A stretch of DNA of 64,000 nt from an uncultured Bifidobacteriaceae bacterium (lineage in GTDB: Bacteria; Verrucomicrobiota; Verrucomicrobiia; Limisphaerales; UBA11358). Shown in pieces: positions 54,491-64,000 of this stretch (position 1 is its first letter; the number at the start of each line of letters is the position of its first letter). The translations under genes and the position numbers were made by a program. Where the stretch lies: NCBI GenBank assembly GCA_964536285.1, contig CAZHXG010000002.1:66457-130456 (forward strand). The letters are read 5' to 3'. The notes beneath the pieces are model-generated. The model searched no databases, had not been told where the DNA came from, and saw only the letters and a list, made by a program, of their open reading frames with translations.

Positions 54491-55711
54491 ATGCCATCAT
54501 TTGCTTACACAGCCAGAGAGACGGCCACCGGCCGGGAGATCCGCAGCACAGTCGAGGCGCTTACGGAACAGGCCGCCATAGCCGCGCTGCTCAATCGGAA
54601 TCTTTTGGTCGTCTCCATCCAGGAAAAAATCACCAAAAAAGGCAAAACCCAGGGCGGCAAAGTGGCGCTGGCCGACCTCGTGGTCTTCACAAGGCAATTG
54701 GCTACCATGATTGATGCGGGTATCGCCATTGTACAATCACTTCAAGCACTGGCCGAGCAGACACCCAACAAAGTCATGCGCGACACAATCCGTGATATTT
54801 GTTCGCGAGTGGAAAGCGGTGAAAGCTTTTCCGAAGCCCTGCAAAAACATCCAAAGGCATTCAACCGTCTTTATTACTCCATGGTTGCGGCGGGCGAGAA
54901 AGGCGGCTTGCTTGCGGAAATCATGGCCCGATTGGCAACCTATCTTGAAAACACAGAACGCCTTCGCAAGAAGGTCAAAACGGCTTTGATTTATCCGACC
55001 ACTGTCACGGTCGTGGCGATTTGCATCACGACCTTTCTTCTGGTAAAGGTCATACCCACGTTCAAGGACATTTATTCCGGCTTCGGCGCGGCGCTTCCGG
55101 GTCCAACGCAATTTCTCATTGATATCAGCGACATTATCAAACGGTTCCTGATTTTGTTCATCATCGGGGGCGTTGCGGCCGTGTGGGGCTGGCTGTATTT
55201 CATTAAGACCAAATCGGGGCGCGAATTTTGGGACGGGCGACGCATCAAGCTGCCGGTCTTCGGCCCCATCGCACACAAAATTTGTCTCGCCCGCTTCACC
55301 CGCACACTCTCTTCATTGGTTCGCAGCGGCGTGCCGATTTTGGAAGTTCTGCAAATTGTTTCCCAGACCGTCGGCAATGTTGTCATGGAAAAGGCCATCA
55401 AAAATGCCGCCACCGACATCGAACGCGGCGAGGGCATTTCTGCCGCGCTTGGCAAAAACCCCATTTTCCCCAGCATGATCATCCGCATGATGAGCGCGGG
55501 CGAACAGACCGGCAACATCGACACCATGCTTGAACGCGTCTCGAACTTCCTTGATGAGGAAATCGATTCCACTCTCACCGGACTCATGTCGCTCATCGAG
55601 CCCATTCTGATTGTATTCCTTGGCGTCGTCATCGGCGGCATGGTCATCTGCATGTTCCTGCCGATATTCAACCTGGCCAACATCGTCAACATGGGACCTG
55701 GCGGGCATTGA
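54491..55711 (+). CDS. PilC/GspF-family platform protein (second paralogue, orphan)
   Basis: 406 aa. Duplicated T2SSF domains, parallel to the GspF at 11850..13118 (same MPxFxY N-terminus and same C-terminal TM). No ATPase, secretin or pilin gene is adjacent. Confidence 0.88.
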   Translation: MPSFAYTARETATGREIRSTVEALTEQAAIAALLNRNLLVVSIQEKITKKGKTQGGKVALADLVVFTRQLATMIDAGIAIVQSLQALAEQTPNKVMRDTIRDICSRVESGESFSEALQKHPKAFNRLYYSMVAAGEKGGLLAEIMARLATYLENTERLRKKVKTALIYPTTVTVVAICITTFLLVKVIPTFKDIYSGFGAALPGPTQFLIDISDIIKRFLILFIIGGVAAVWGWLYFIKTKSGREFWDGRRIKLPVFGPIAHKICLARFTRTLSSLVRSGVPILEVLQIVSQTVGNVVMEKAIKNAATDIERGEGISAALGKNPIFPSMIIRMMSAGEQTGNIDTMLERVSNFLDEEIDSTLTGLMSLIEPILIVFLGVVIGGMVICMFLPIFNLANIVNMGPGGH

Positions 55712-55726
55712 ACCGATTTCAAAATC

Positions 55727-55763
55727 AAAACCGCCGGTCGAATCTATTTCTTCCGGCGGTTTT
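55727..55763. terminator. Bidirectional rho-independent terminator between pilC-like and beta-CASP genes
   Basis: AAAACCGCCGG-(15-nt loop)-CCGGCGGTTTT followed by ATTTTT. Convergent genes end at 55711 and 55776. Confidence 0.7.
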
Positions 55764-55775
55764 ATTTTTCCGAAA

Positions 55776-57152
55776 TCAAGCCTGGACCGCTTTCCCCGAT
55801 TGCGGCTGGAAAATTTTTATTTTCGGCCAATGCCCGCGGATTTGTTCTTCAAACCACAGACGGGAATCTTCGTCGCCGTGACTGAGCAAGATCGCGCGCG
55901 GTGAAACCCGCCCGACGAATTCCAGCAAATCCTCCCGGTTCGCATGCGCCGTCAGATCGAAATCCAGCATGTCGCATTTTTTTGTCACGCGGCCCGCGCT
56001 TGGACTGAACACAAAAGTCTCACCGCGCTTCGCCGCCTTCAATCTTCCCGCAGGCGAATCCGGGTCGGCGTAACCGACGAAGAAAATGCTCTGCCGCTCG
56101 TCGCCGGCCATGCGAACGGCCAGATCGTGCGCCGCCGTGTTCTCACTCATCATGCCGGCGGTGATGACAAATATTTTTCCGCCGCTCAATTTCATGTTTT
56201 CCGCCTGCCCCTTTTCGAGAACGACGAGCTGCAATGCCTCGTGTAATTGCAGGTTCGTGTGCTGACGGTTCACGCGATGCGCTTCCAAATCGTAAATCTC
56301 GGTGAAGACGCGGCCAAGCCCGCCGATGTAAATCGGCTGCTCCTTCAATTTTCCTTCGCGCATGAGCAGCGCCAGCATCGCGAGCATTTCCTGCGTCCGG
56401 CCAAGCGCGAATGAAGGGATTAAAATACAGCCTTTCCGTTTTTGCGCGTCGTGAATGGCCGCGACCAATCGTTCAATTTCCTTTTCGCGCGTGAAGCCTT
56501 TCGGCACTTCGCGATTGCCGCGCGTCGTTTCCATGATCATCACGTCCGCCTTGACGTCCTCAAACCGCGCTGCGCGCAAAATCGTCTGATCGTGAAAACA
56601 AACGTCGCCCGTGTAAAACAGCGTTTCCTTTTTTCCGCGCACCATGATTCCAGCCGAGCCGAGCGTGTGGCCGGCGTCGTAAAATTCCAGCGTCGGCGAC
56701 GGCATGCCCGCGCGCGATTTTTGAAATGAACTCCACTCGATTTCGCGGTTGTATTTGAAGCCTTGAAATTGCGACGCGATGTCGTCCACCTCGTCGTGCG
56801 TGTAAAGCGGATATTCCTTGATGCCCAGCTCGTCGCGCTGTTTCGTCATCACGTTCACCGAATTGTGCAGCACGCGCTCGACGATGAAATAGCTCAACTC
56901 CGTCATCAGCACGTGCGCCTTCGGAAATCTCCGGCACGCGACCGGCAGCGCGCCGACGTGGTCGTGATGGCAATGCGAGATCGCGATCGCGTCCACGTCA
57001 TTGTTTCCGGCCCTGCCGAACAACGGCAACCCGTCGCGCCCTTCGCGTTTCGGATGCATCCCCGCGTCGAGCAGAATGCGGTGGTCGTCAATCTCGACCA
57101 GCCATGCGCTCGCGCCAATGTCCGCGTCGGGATTCAAATTCGTTATGTTCAC
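55776..57152 (-). CDS. MBL-fold / beta-CASP family RNA-metabolising hydrolase
   Basis: 458 aa. HCHHDHVGALP (motif 2), later D and H motifs, and a beta-CASP insertion pattern. Confidence 0.8.
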   Translation of the reverse strand: MNITNLNPDADIGASAWLVEIDDHRILLDAGMHPKREGRDGLPLFGRAGNNDVDAIAISHCHHDHVGALPVACRRFPKAHVLMTELSYFIVERVLHNSVNVMTKQRDELGIKEYPLYTHDEVDDIASQFQGFKYNREIEWSSFQKSRAGMPSPTLEFYDAGHTLGSAGIMVRGKKETLFYTGDVCFHDQTILRAARFEDVKADVMIMETTRGNREVPKGFTREKEIERLVAAIHDAQKRKGCILIPSFALGRTQEMLAMLALLMREGKLKEQPIYIGGLGRVFTEIYDLEAHRVNRQHTNLQLHEALQLVVLEKGQAENMKLSGGKIFVITAGMMSENTAAHDLAVRMAGDERQSIFFVGYADPDSPAGRLKAAKRGETFVFSPSAGRVTKKCDMLDFDLTAHANREDLLEFVGRVSPRAILLSHGDEDSRLWFEEQIRGHWPKIKIFQPQSGKAVQA

Positions 57153-57206
57153 AAAAACAATTTAACCACAGATGGACACGAATGGACACAGATAAATCCC
57201 GCGCAA

Positions 57207-57270
57207 GTTTTTAGTTTTTAATTTTGAATTTTTAGTTCAAATTCAAAATTAAGAATTCAAAACTAAAAAC
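57207..57270. repeat. AT-rich composite palindrome (two perfect 12-bp arm pairs) in a divergent promoter region
   Basis: Outer arms: GTTTTTAGTTTT (57207-18) / AAAACTAAAAAC (57259-70). Inner arms: AATTTTGAATTT (57220-31) / AAATTCAAAATT (57239-50). Central loop ttagttc, and an 8-nt bulge containing GAATTC on the right side. Confidence 0.85.
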
Positions 57271-57277
57271 GACTTTA

Positions 57278-57658
57278 ATGCCGCCGCAAAAAAAAACTTC
57301 CGCCCGGCAAAAAGTGCTCGCGCAATGGCGCGGCGTGGATTTGTCGCCGCTCGAAACGGCAAAGGCTGTCCGCGCGCGGCGCGCGGGCGATGTGCTGCCG
57401 AAACTGATGAAGGATTTGCGGATGGACGACCGGCGCGCCGAGGCCGAACTGGTCAAGGTCTGGAATTCGCTCATTGACCCGAACCTCACCGCGCACGCGC
57501 AGCCGCACAATCTGCACAAGGGCACGCTGTTCGTAAACGTGGACACCAGCGTGTGGCTCTCGGAAATCGTCCGTTATCGCCGCAAAGAAATCCTCGACCG
57601 CCTGCAGCACAGCTTCGGGAAAAATCTGATCCAGAAAATCTCCTTCCGCATCGGCTGA
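57278..57658 (+). CDS. DUF721 (DciA-like) protein
   Basis: 126 aa. ...LVKVWNSLIDPNLTAHAQPHNLHKGTLFVNVDTSVWLSEIVRYRRKEILDRL is the DUF721 pattern. Confidence 0.65.
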   Translation: MPPQKKTSARQKVLAQWRGVDLSPLETAKAVRARRAGDVLPKLMKDLRMDDRRAEAELVKVWNSLIDPNLTAHAQPHNLHKGTLFVNVDTSVWLSEIVRYRRKEILDRLQHSFGKNLIQKISFRIG

Positions 57659-57739
57659 ACCGGCGCGCTGACGGCTGTCTGTAAAATGTAACATTTTTCA
57701 ATTGGGCATCGGCGGTCGCGCTTCGTAATCTGGCGCAAC

Positions 57740-58678
57740 ATGGCATCCGTTCGACGCGCAGTCATTGATGTCGGCACCAACTCGATCAAATTGTTGGTGG
57801 CCGACGTGCGCGGGCGCGACGTGCAGCCGGTGCATGAAGAAAGCAAGCAGACGCGGCTCGGCAAGGGTTTTTATGAAACGCACCGGCTTCAACCCGACAG
57901 GATCGCCTGCACCGCCGAGGCGGTCTGGGAATTTGCGGAAATCGCGCGCGAAAAAAATTCAACCTCCATCCGCGTCATCGCCACCAGCGCCGCGCGCGAC
58001 GCGTTGAATCCGGCCGACCTGACTTTCTCCATCGAGCGCGCCTCCGGTTTGAAAACAGAGATCATCTCCGGCGCGCGCGAGGCCGGATGGGTGTTTCAAG
58101 GCGTGGCGACCGATGCGGAACTGGCGAAATTCCCGCTGTTGATCCTCGATGTCGGCGGCGGCAGCACGGAATTCATTCTGGGCCGTGGCGCGAAGAAACA
58201 TTTTGCCCACAGCTTCCCGCTCGGCACGGTGCGGCTCATGGAAAAATTTCCGCACAGCGACCCGCCCGCCGCCGCGGAGTTCAAGGCCTGCCGCGACTGG
58301 GTGGAAAATCTGTTTCACGCGGAAGTCTGGCCGTTGCTGGAACCGGCGTTGCGGCAGCAGAAAAAATCCGGCCAAATCCAGCTTGTCGGCACCGGCGGAA
58401 CGACCGGCATTCTGGCGCGCATCGAAAAAAAACTGGAACGCTTTGACCGCGAAAAAATCGAGCGGACAGTTTTGAGTTTTGAACAGGTCGTCGCCCATCG
58501 GAAAAATTTATGGAAACTGCCGCTGGCCGAGCGCAAGGAAATTCCCGGCCTGCCGAAGTTGCGCGCCGACGTGATTTTGACCGGCGTCTTGATTTATGAA
58601 ATGGTGATGGAGGAATTCGGCTTCAAAGAACTCCACGTCAGCACGCGCGGCCTGCGTTTTGCGGCGGTGATGGATTAA
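57740..58678 (+). CDS. ppx: Ppx/GppA-family phosphatase (exopolyphosphatase)
   Basis: 312 aa. AVIDVGTNSIKLLVA, ILDVGGGSTEF (ASKHA fold motifs). Confidence 0.85.
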   Translation: MASVRRAVIDVGTNSIKLLVADVRGRDVQPVHEESKQTRLGKGFYETHRLQPDRIACTAEAVWEFAEIAREKNSTSIRVIATSAARDALNPADLTFSIERASGLKTEIISGAREAGWVFQGVATDAELAKFPLLILDVGGGSTEFILGRGAKKHFAHSFPLGTVRLMEKFPHSDPPAAAEFKACRDWVENLFHAEVWPLLEPALRQQKKSGQIQLVGTGGTTGILARIEKKLERFDREKIERTVLSFEQVVAHRKNLWKLPLAERKEIPGLPKLRADVILTGVLIYEMVMEEFGFKELHVSTRGLRFAAVMD

Positions 58679-58705
58679 CACCGCGCGATTGTTTATCGTC
58701 CCGCC

Positions 58706-59614
58706 ATGCGTGTTTTGATTGTCGGTTGCGGTTATGTCGGCGTGCCGCTCGGAGTTGAATTGATCCGGCTCGACCATGAAGTTTTTGGACTGCGACGAAG
58801 TGTTTCGGCGGAAAATGAATTGAAAGCGGCCGGCATCCAATCCCTCTTCGCCGACGTGACGAAGCTGGAAGAACTGAAAAAATTGCCGCGCGATTTCGAT
58901 TGGGTTGTGAATTGTGTTGCCGCCGGCGGCGACGCGGAGAATTACCGCCAGACTTATTTTGAAGGCACAAAAAATTTAATCGGTTGGCTCGCACCGAATC
59001 CACCGAAAAGATTTGTCTACACGAGCAGCACGAGCGTTTATGCACAAAACGACGGCTCGCAGGTCAAGGAATCCAGCCCGACCGAACCAATTTCGGAAAC
59101 TTCCAAAATTCTGGTCGAGACGGAAAAAGTTTTGCTCGAAGCCGCGTCGCAAAGAAAAATTCCAGCCGCAGTTTTGCGAGTGGCTGGAATTTACGGACCG
59201 GATCGCGGTCATTGGTTCAAGCAATTTCTCAAGAACGAAGCGCGCATCGAAGGCGACGGCTCGCGCTTCCTGAACATGATCCATCGTGACGATTTGATCG
59301 GCTGCATCATCGCGGCCTTGAAAAACGGACGCGCAGGTGAAATTTACAACGCGGTGGATGACGAACCGGTGAGCCAGAAAAATTTCTTTGAATGGCTCGC
59401 CGGAACACTTGGCAAATATCCGCCGCCGTCCGTTCCGGAAAATTCCGTTGAAAATTGCAAGCGCGGCGTGACGAACAAGCGCGTCTCGAACCGCAAATTA
59501 AAAATGGAGCTTGGCTACCAGTTCAAGCATCCAAATTTCCGCATCGGCTACAGCGCGGAAATGTTGCGGCTCGAACGCGCGGGTGAATTGCACGTCGCGC
59601 CGGACGTGCGCTGA
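58706..59614 (+). CDS. NAD(P)-dependent SDR/epimerase-family oxidoreductase
   Basis: MRVLIVGCGYVGVPLG Rossmann motif; 302 aa extended-SDR-like. Confidence 0.7.
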   Translation: MRVLIVGCGYVGVPLGVELIRLDHEVFGLRRSVSAENELKAAGIQSLFADVTKLEELKKLPRDFDWVVNCVAAGGDAENYRQTYFEGTKNLIGWLAPNPPKRFVYTSSTSVYAQNDGSQVKESSPTEPISETSKILVETEKVLLEAASQRKIPAAVLRVAGIYGPDRGHWFKQFLKNEARIEGDGSRFLNMIHRDDLIGCIIAALKNGRAGEIYNAVDDEPVSQKNFFEWLAGTLGKYPPPSVPENSVENCKRGVTNKRVSNRKLKMELGYQFKHPNFRIGYSAEMLRLERAGELHVAPDVR

Positions 59615-60223
59615 TTATTTTGCCGGTGGCGAACGCATCAGGACGACGACCTGTTTATACAAATCTTCCATCGCTGTGCTTAACGCCGCGAATTCCTTGA
59701 CCTGTTCCGGTCGTGAAGAATTTTCCGCCGCGATTTTTGCCAGATGCCAGCCGTAGCTCAATGCGTCGGCTTGGGTGAGCAGCAATGTGAATTCAAAATT
59801 TTCGCCGGAAGAAAGCAGTAATTCATGTTCTTTGGTTTTGGCAATGGCGTCACGCGTGGCCTTTTCGCCAACCGGCAGTTGAATCGCATGCAAGTTCAGC
59901 GACGAATCACCCTTGGCCAATTCATCGAGCCGTCTTTCTCCGTCGCCCGCCAGTACGGAAATCGTCTTGATAAGACGGTCCAATTTTTCCCGGTCGGACT
60001 TGATCAGAAGAACTTTGCTGACGTTCTTTTCGTCGTCGAGCAAATCGTAAAGCAGACTGGCGGAGTTGTTTCGCATCTGGAATTTTTCAGCGGAAAGCGG
60101 CGGCGAAGCTGAGGGAGCCGTTTTCTGAATTGATGCACAACCGCAGAGAAATCCCGCGAAAAATAAAATCCCGAAAATTGAAGCGAAACGATTCATACCC
60201 CACTGTAACCGTTTCCAAATCAA
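59615..60223 (-). CDS. Lipoprotein, unknown function
   Basis: FASIFGILFFAGFLCGCAS is a signal peptide plus lipobox; the mature part is helical. The start may be MNRFAS (60196). Confidence 0.55.
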   Translation of the reverse strand: MIWKRLQWGMNRFASIFGILFFAGFLCGCASIQKTAPSASPPLSAEKFQMRNNSASLLYDLLDDEKNVSKVLLIKSDREKLDRLIKTISVLAGDGERRLDELAKGDSSLNLHAIQLPVGEKATRDAIAKTKEHELLLSSGENFEFTLLLTQADALSYGWHLAKIAAENSSRPEQVKEFAALSTAMEDLYKQVVVLMRSPPAK

Positions 60224-60296
60224 ATACGACGGATTTCGAGCAATATCTAATCCGCCGTTGAATGAATTTTTTTCCGCTTTTCGGCGCGGGTAAAAT

Positions 60297-60641
<345 letters not shown>

Positions 60642-62066
60642 TCATTCATTATAAGCCTGCTCGCCGTGTTGCGAAAGGTCGAGTCCCAAACTTTCTTCCT
60701 CCTGCCCCACGCGCAAGCCGACGACCAGATTGACGATTTTCAAAATGATGAACGTCCCGATCGCGCTCAATGCGATGGTGAACAACACGGCTTTAAGCTG
60801 GTTTGTGAATTGAGCCGCGCCGCCCGCGAGTGAAACGATTGCGCCGTTCGCCTTGAAAGTGGACGCGATGAGCGGGTTCACTTCGGGATTCGCAAGAAAG
60901 CCGAGCATCAACATGCCGGTGATGCTGCCGACACCGTGAACGCCGAACACGTCGAGCGAATCGTCGTAGCCGAAGGTGAATTTCAATTTCGTGACCGCGA
61001 AATAGCAAACAACGCCGGCGACCAGCCCGATGCAAAACGCCGCCGGAATGCTCACGAATCCAGCCGCCGGCGTAATCGTCGCCAGTCCGGCCACCATTCC
61101 GGACGCCGTGCCGAGCACGCTGGGCCTGCCCTTAAGCAACCACTCGGTCATGCTCCAGCTCAACGCCGCGGCGGCGGCGGAAAAATGGGTCGCGGCAAAC
61201 GCGCTTGTCGCAAGCGCACCCGCGCTCAACGCGCTGCCGCCGTTGAAACCGAACCAGCCGACCCACAACAATCCCGCGCCGATGAGCGAGAGAACGACGT
61301 TGTGCGGCATCATCGGTTCGCGCGGAAAACCGTCGCGCCTGCCCAGAACCAGGGCGCACACGAGCGCCGACACGCCGGAACTGATGTGCACCACCGTTCC
61401 GCCCGCGAAGTCGAGCGCGGGAATTTTTCCGCCGCTTGCCCAATTGAACAATCCGCCTTTGCCCCACATCATGTGACAGAGCGGCAGATAAACCACAACC
61501 ATCCACAGAATGACGAACAACAAATAGGCTTTGAACTTGATGCGTTCCGCGATCGCGCCGCTGATCAACGCCGGAGTGATGATGGCGAACATCATCTGAA
61601 ACAGCATGAACGTCTCATGCGGAATCGTCGCCGCGTAATCCGCATTCGGCGCGGCCCCGACATTTTTGAGAAACAAATATGTGAACGGATTGCCGAAAAA
61701 TGAATTGCCCTCCGCGAACGCCATGCTGTAGCCGAAGATCATCCACAAAATGGAAACCACTGCCATCAGCACCAGACTGTGCATCATCGTGGAAAGGACG
61801 TTTTTGCTGCGCACCAGCCCGCCATAAAAAAGAATCAAACCCGGCGCCGTCATCATCAACACCAGCGCCGAACTCGCAAGCATCCAGGCATTGTCGCCCG
61901 AATTGATGGACGGAATCTGTCCTGCTGGCATTTCCGTCGGCATCCCATCAGCCGCCAGCAACGAACTTGTAGACCCCAAAAAGATTAAAACAGGCCATAA
62001 GAAAAATTTTAGCAAGTGGCGGGATGCATGAAGGGAATTCATGGGCACGAAGTTCAGCAAATTCAT
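60642..62066 (-). CDS. amtB: Ammonium transporter AmtB
   Basis: 474 aa. Signal-like N-terminus, 11 TM segments, conserved FAGGTVVHISSG and GVHGVGSITG motifs. Confidence 0.93.
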   Translation of the reverse strand: MNLLNFVPMNSLHASRHLLKFFLWPVLIFLGSTSSLLAADGMPTEMPAGQIPSINSGDNAWMLASSALVLMMTAPGLILFYGGLVRSKNVLSTMMHSLVLMAVVSILWMIFGYSMAFAEGNSFFGNPFTYLFLKNVGAAPNADYAATIPHETFMLFQMMFAIITPALISGAIAERIKFKAYLLFVILWMVVVYLPLCHMMWGKGGLFNWASGGKIPALDFAGGTVVHISSGVSALVCALVLGRRDGFPREPMMPHNVVLSLIGAGLLWVGWFGFNGGSALSAGALATSAFAATHFSAAAAALSWSMTEWLLKGRPSVLGTASGMVAGLATITPAAGFVSIPAAFCIGLVAGVVCYFAVTKLKFTFGYDDSLDVFGVHGVGSITGMLMLGFLANPEVNPLIASTFKANGAIVSLAGGAAQFTNQLKAVLFTIALSAIGTFIILKIVNLVVGLRVGQEEESLGLDLSQHGEQAYNE

Positions 62067-62139
62067 GTGCAGGTGTCAACGCCGCCGGTGAACAAAAATT
62101 CTTCGACCTCGCCTGCTTTCGTGTTTAGCTTCATCACCG

Positions 62140-64000
62140 ATGTCCGCCGAAGCCCAACTCACGCCCATGATGGCGCAGTATCGCCGCATCAAAGGCGAAC
62201 TGCCGAAGGATGCGCTGCTGCTCTTCCGCCTCGGTGATTTTTATGAGATGTTTTTCGAAGATGCGCAGGCCGGCGCGCAATTGCTGAACCTCTCGCTCAC
62301 CGCGCGCAACGGCGTTCCCATGTGCGGCCTGCCGCATCACGCCGCGAACGGCTACATCGCACGAATTTTGCGCGCCGGACGCAAGGTCGCCATCTGCGAT
62401 CAAATGGAAGATGCGCGCCCCGGCCAATTGACCAAACGCGAGGTCACGCAAATCCTTTCACCCGGCACGCATTTTGATGAACGGATGCTCGTTGCGGAAC
62501 GGAATAATTTTTTGGCGTCTGTTTATCCATCGGGAAAAATTTTCGGTCTCGCGCTCGTGGATTTAACCACCGGCGATTTTCTGACGACCGAACTAGAAAA
62601 TAATTCCGCGCTGCTCGCAGAATTGGAACGCCTGCGTCCCGCGGAAATTATTTTCCCAACGGAAGCAATTTCGCTGCGCGATTTGTTGCGCGGCGCGTTT
62701 CAGATTTTGAGCGGCTACGACGATTGGACGTTCGCGCCCGAAACCGCTTTTTTCACAGTGAAGGAACAGTTCAAAGTCGCCTCGCTCGACGGCTTTGGCT
62801 TGAAGGACAAGTCGGCGGCGATCGGCGCGGCGGGCGGCGCGCTGCATTATCTCACGCAAAATCTGCGCCGCGACGTGAAGCATCTCACGCGCATTTCGTT
62901 TTATCAGCGCAGCGATTTTCTCACGCTCGATCACACGACGCTGCGGCATCTGGAAATTCTCGAACCGCAGCATCACGACGCCCCGCGCAACGCGTCGCTC
63001 TATGGCGCGCTCAACAAAACCACCACGCCGATGGGCGCGCGCCTGTTGCGCCAATGGCTTTCACAACCACTCTCACGCGTTGAACCGATTCAACAACGAC
63101 AAGAAGCAGTCCAAACATTTATTGAAAACACTTTCGGTCTCGATGCTTTCCGCCAGCAGCTCGCGAAAGTGCGCGATTTGGAACGCACGCTTGGCCGCTT
63201 GAGTTCCGGCAGCGGCAACGCGCGCGACTTGGCCGCGCTGCGAATGGCGCTCGAACAAATTCCGGCGTTGAAAGAAATTTTAGTCGCAGTCGAACAAAAA
63301 ACGCCGCGTGCCGAAAATTTGATTCACGAAGAAACTCCGGCTTGCGCAGAAAATTTACTTTCGAAATTGGATTCGCAGATCTCCGAATCACCAGACTTGG
63401 TCGAAATTATTTCTCGCGCCATCGTGGACGAGCCGCCATTGCCGATCAAAGAAGGCGGCATGATCCGCGATGGCTTCGATCCGAACCTCGACGAGCTCCA
63501 CACCGCGCAGCGCAACGGCAAGGATTGGATCGCCAAGTTGCAAGCCGATGAAATCACCGCCACCGGAATTGCGTCGCTGAAAGTGCGGTTCAATTCCGTT
63601 TTCGGCTATTACATCGAAGTCACCAAATCGAATCTCGACAAAGTTCCTCCGCATTATCATCGCAAGCAGACCGTCGCCAACGGCGAGCGTTTCATCACGC
63701 CGGAATTAAAAGCGATGGAGGGCAAAATTCTCGGTGCGGAAGAGCGGAGCGTGAAACTGGAATACGAAATTTTCCAGCGCGTGCGCGAGGAAGTTTTGGG
63801 GCAATTGCCGAAAATCCAGCAGACCGCGAGTGCGCTGGCGCAATTGGACGTTCTCGCTTCTTTTGCAGAAACGGCGCGGCTGCATAATTATTGTCGCCCG
63901 CAAATTTCCGACGAAGGCGTTTTGCAAATCCGCTACGGTCGTCATCCGGTTTTGGAACAGCAACTCGTCGAGGAGCGCTTCGTGCCGAATGACACAACTT
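62140..64000 (+). CDS. mutS: DNA mismatch repair protein MutS (5' partial, runs off the window)
   Basis: Not in the ORF track because it has no stop in the window. Hand translation from ATG 62140 gives MSAEAQLTPMMAQYRRIKGELPKDALLLFRLGDFYEMFFEDAQ...MCGLPHH..., and near the end ...RHPVLEQQLVEERFVPND. No stop codon was seen in the segments I translated. Confidence 0.93.
   Translation, partial: MSAEAQLTPMMAQYRRIKGELPKDALLLFRLGDFYEMFFEDAQAGAQLLNLSLTARNGVPMCGLPHHAANGYIARILRAGRKVAICDQMEDARPGQLTKREVTQILSPGTHFDERMLVAERNNFLASVYPSGKIFGLALVDLTTGDFLTTELENNSALLAELERLRPAEIIFPTEAISLRDLLRGAFQILSGYDDWTFAPETAFFTVKEQFKVASLDGFGLKDKSAAIGAAGGALHYLTQNLRRDVKHLTRISFYQRSDFLTLDHTTLRHLEILEPQHHDAPRNASLYGALNKTTTPMGARLLRQWLSQPLSRVEPIQQRQEAVQTFIENTFGLDAFRQQLAKVRDLERTLGRLSSGSGNARDLAALRMALEQIPALKEILVAVEQKTPRAENLIHEETPACAENLLSKLDSQISESPDLVEIISRAIVDEPPLPIKEGGMIRDGFDPNLDELHTAQRNGKDWIAKLQADEITATGIASLKVRFNSVFGYYIEVTKSNLDKVPPHYHRKQTVANGERFITPELKAMEGKILGAEERSVKLEYEIFQRVREEVLGQLPKIQQTASALAQLDVLASFAETARLHNYCRPQISDEGVLQIRYGRHPVLEQQLVEERFVPNDTT

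Noticed and set aside
57161-57195. Possible DnaA boxes / replication origin next to the DciA-like gene and the AT-rich palindrome
   Set aside because: There is only one near-consensus box (TTAACCACA, one mismatch to TTATCCACA) and no cluster of boxes. No dnaA/dnaN is nearby, and I see no switch in gene-strand bias here.
60224-60296. Possible terminator downstream of glnK (CCGC-ttttcg-GCGG region)
   Set aside because: The stem is only 4 bp, and on the relevant minus strand it is followed by an A-run rather than a U-run.

Overview
This is a 64-kb chromosomal window from a moderately GC-rich diderm bacterium. The protein style (prepilin-type pseudopilins, an O-antigen-ligase/TPR fusion, an HpnN-like MMPL transporter, many exported hypotheticals) suggests the PVC group, possibly Verrucomicrobiota; that placement is inference only. 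Most of the window is housekeeping: murA-prmC, a partial type II secretion operon (gspF-H-I-J-K), rnhB-yraN, tRNA-Val(CAC), panC/nadB, tgt, pyrE, dnaK-groES-groEL, tmRNA, an AddA-like helicase-nuclease, radC, lpxA, yebC, an MMPL + MlaEFD lipid-transport cluster, a porin, an orphan pilC/gspF paralogue, ppx, amtB-glnK and the 5' two-thirds of mutS. I saw no transposase, integrase, phage structural gene, CRISPR array or rRNA. Observations worth a second look: (1) three copies of the last ~70 bp of murA bracket two toxin-antitoxin-only cassettes; (2) an AT-rich orphan ORF with an RNQIGAH (HEPN-like) motif sits between panC and nadB, overlapping both; (3) an operon joins an HpnN-like MMPL transporter, a protein with about 20 aromatic-proline repeats, and MlaEFD; (4) a membrane-anchored GrpE-like protein lies 3 kb downstream of a dnaK-groESL cluster that has no grpE/dnaJ; (5) a GT28-PHP fusion protein; (6) a GspJ-like pseudopilin carries a 70-aa Gly/Asn tail; (7) an AT-rich XRE + 2x DUF2975 module. 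All family calls come from motif recognition by eye, with no database search. Start codons were re-chosen by hand where the ORF track was clearly over-extended. ORF coordinates include the stop codon.
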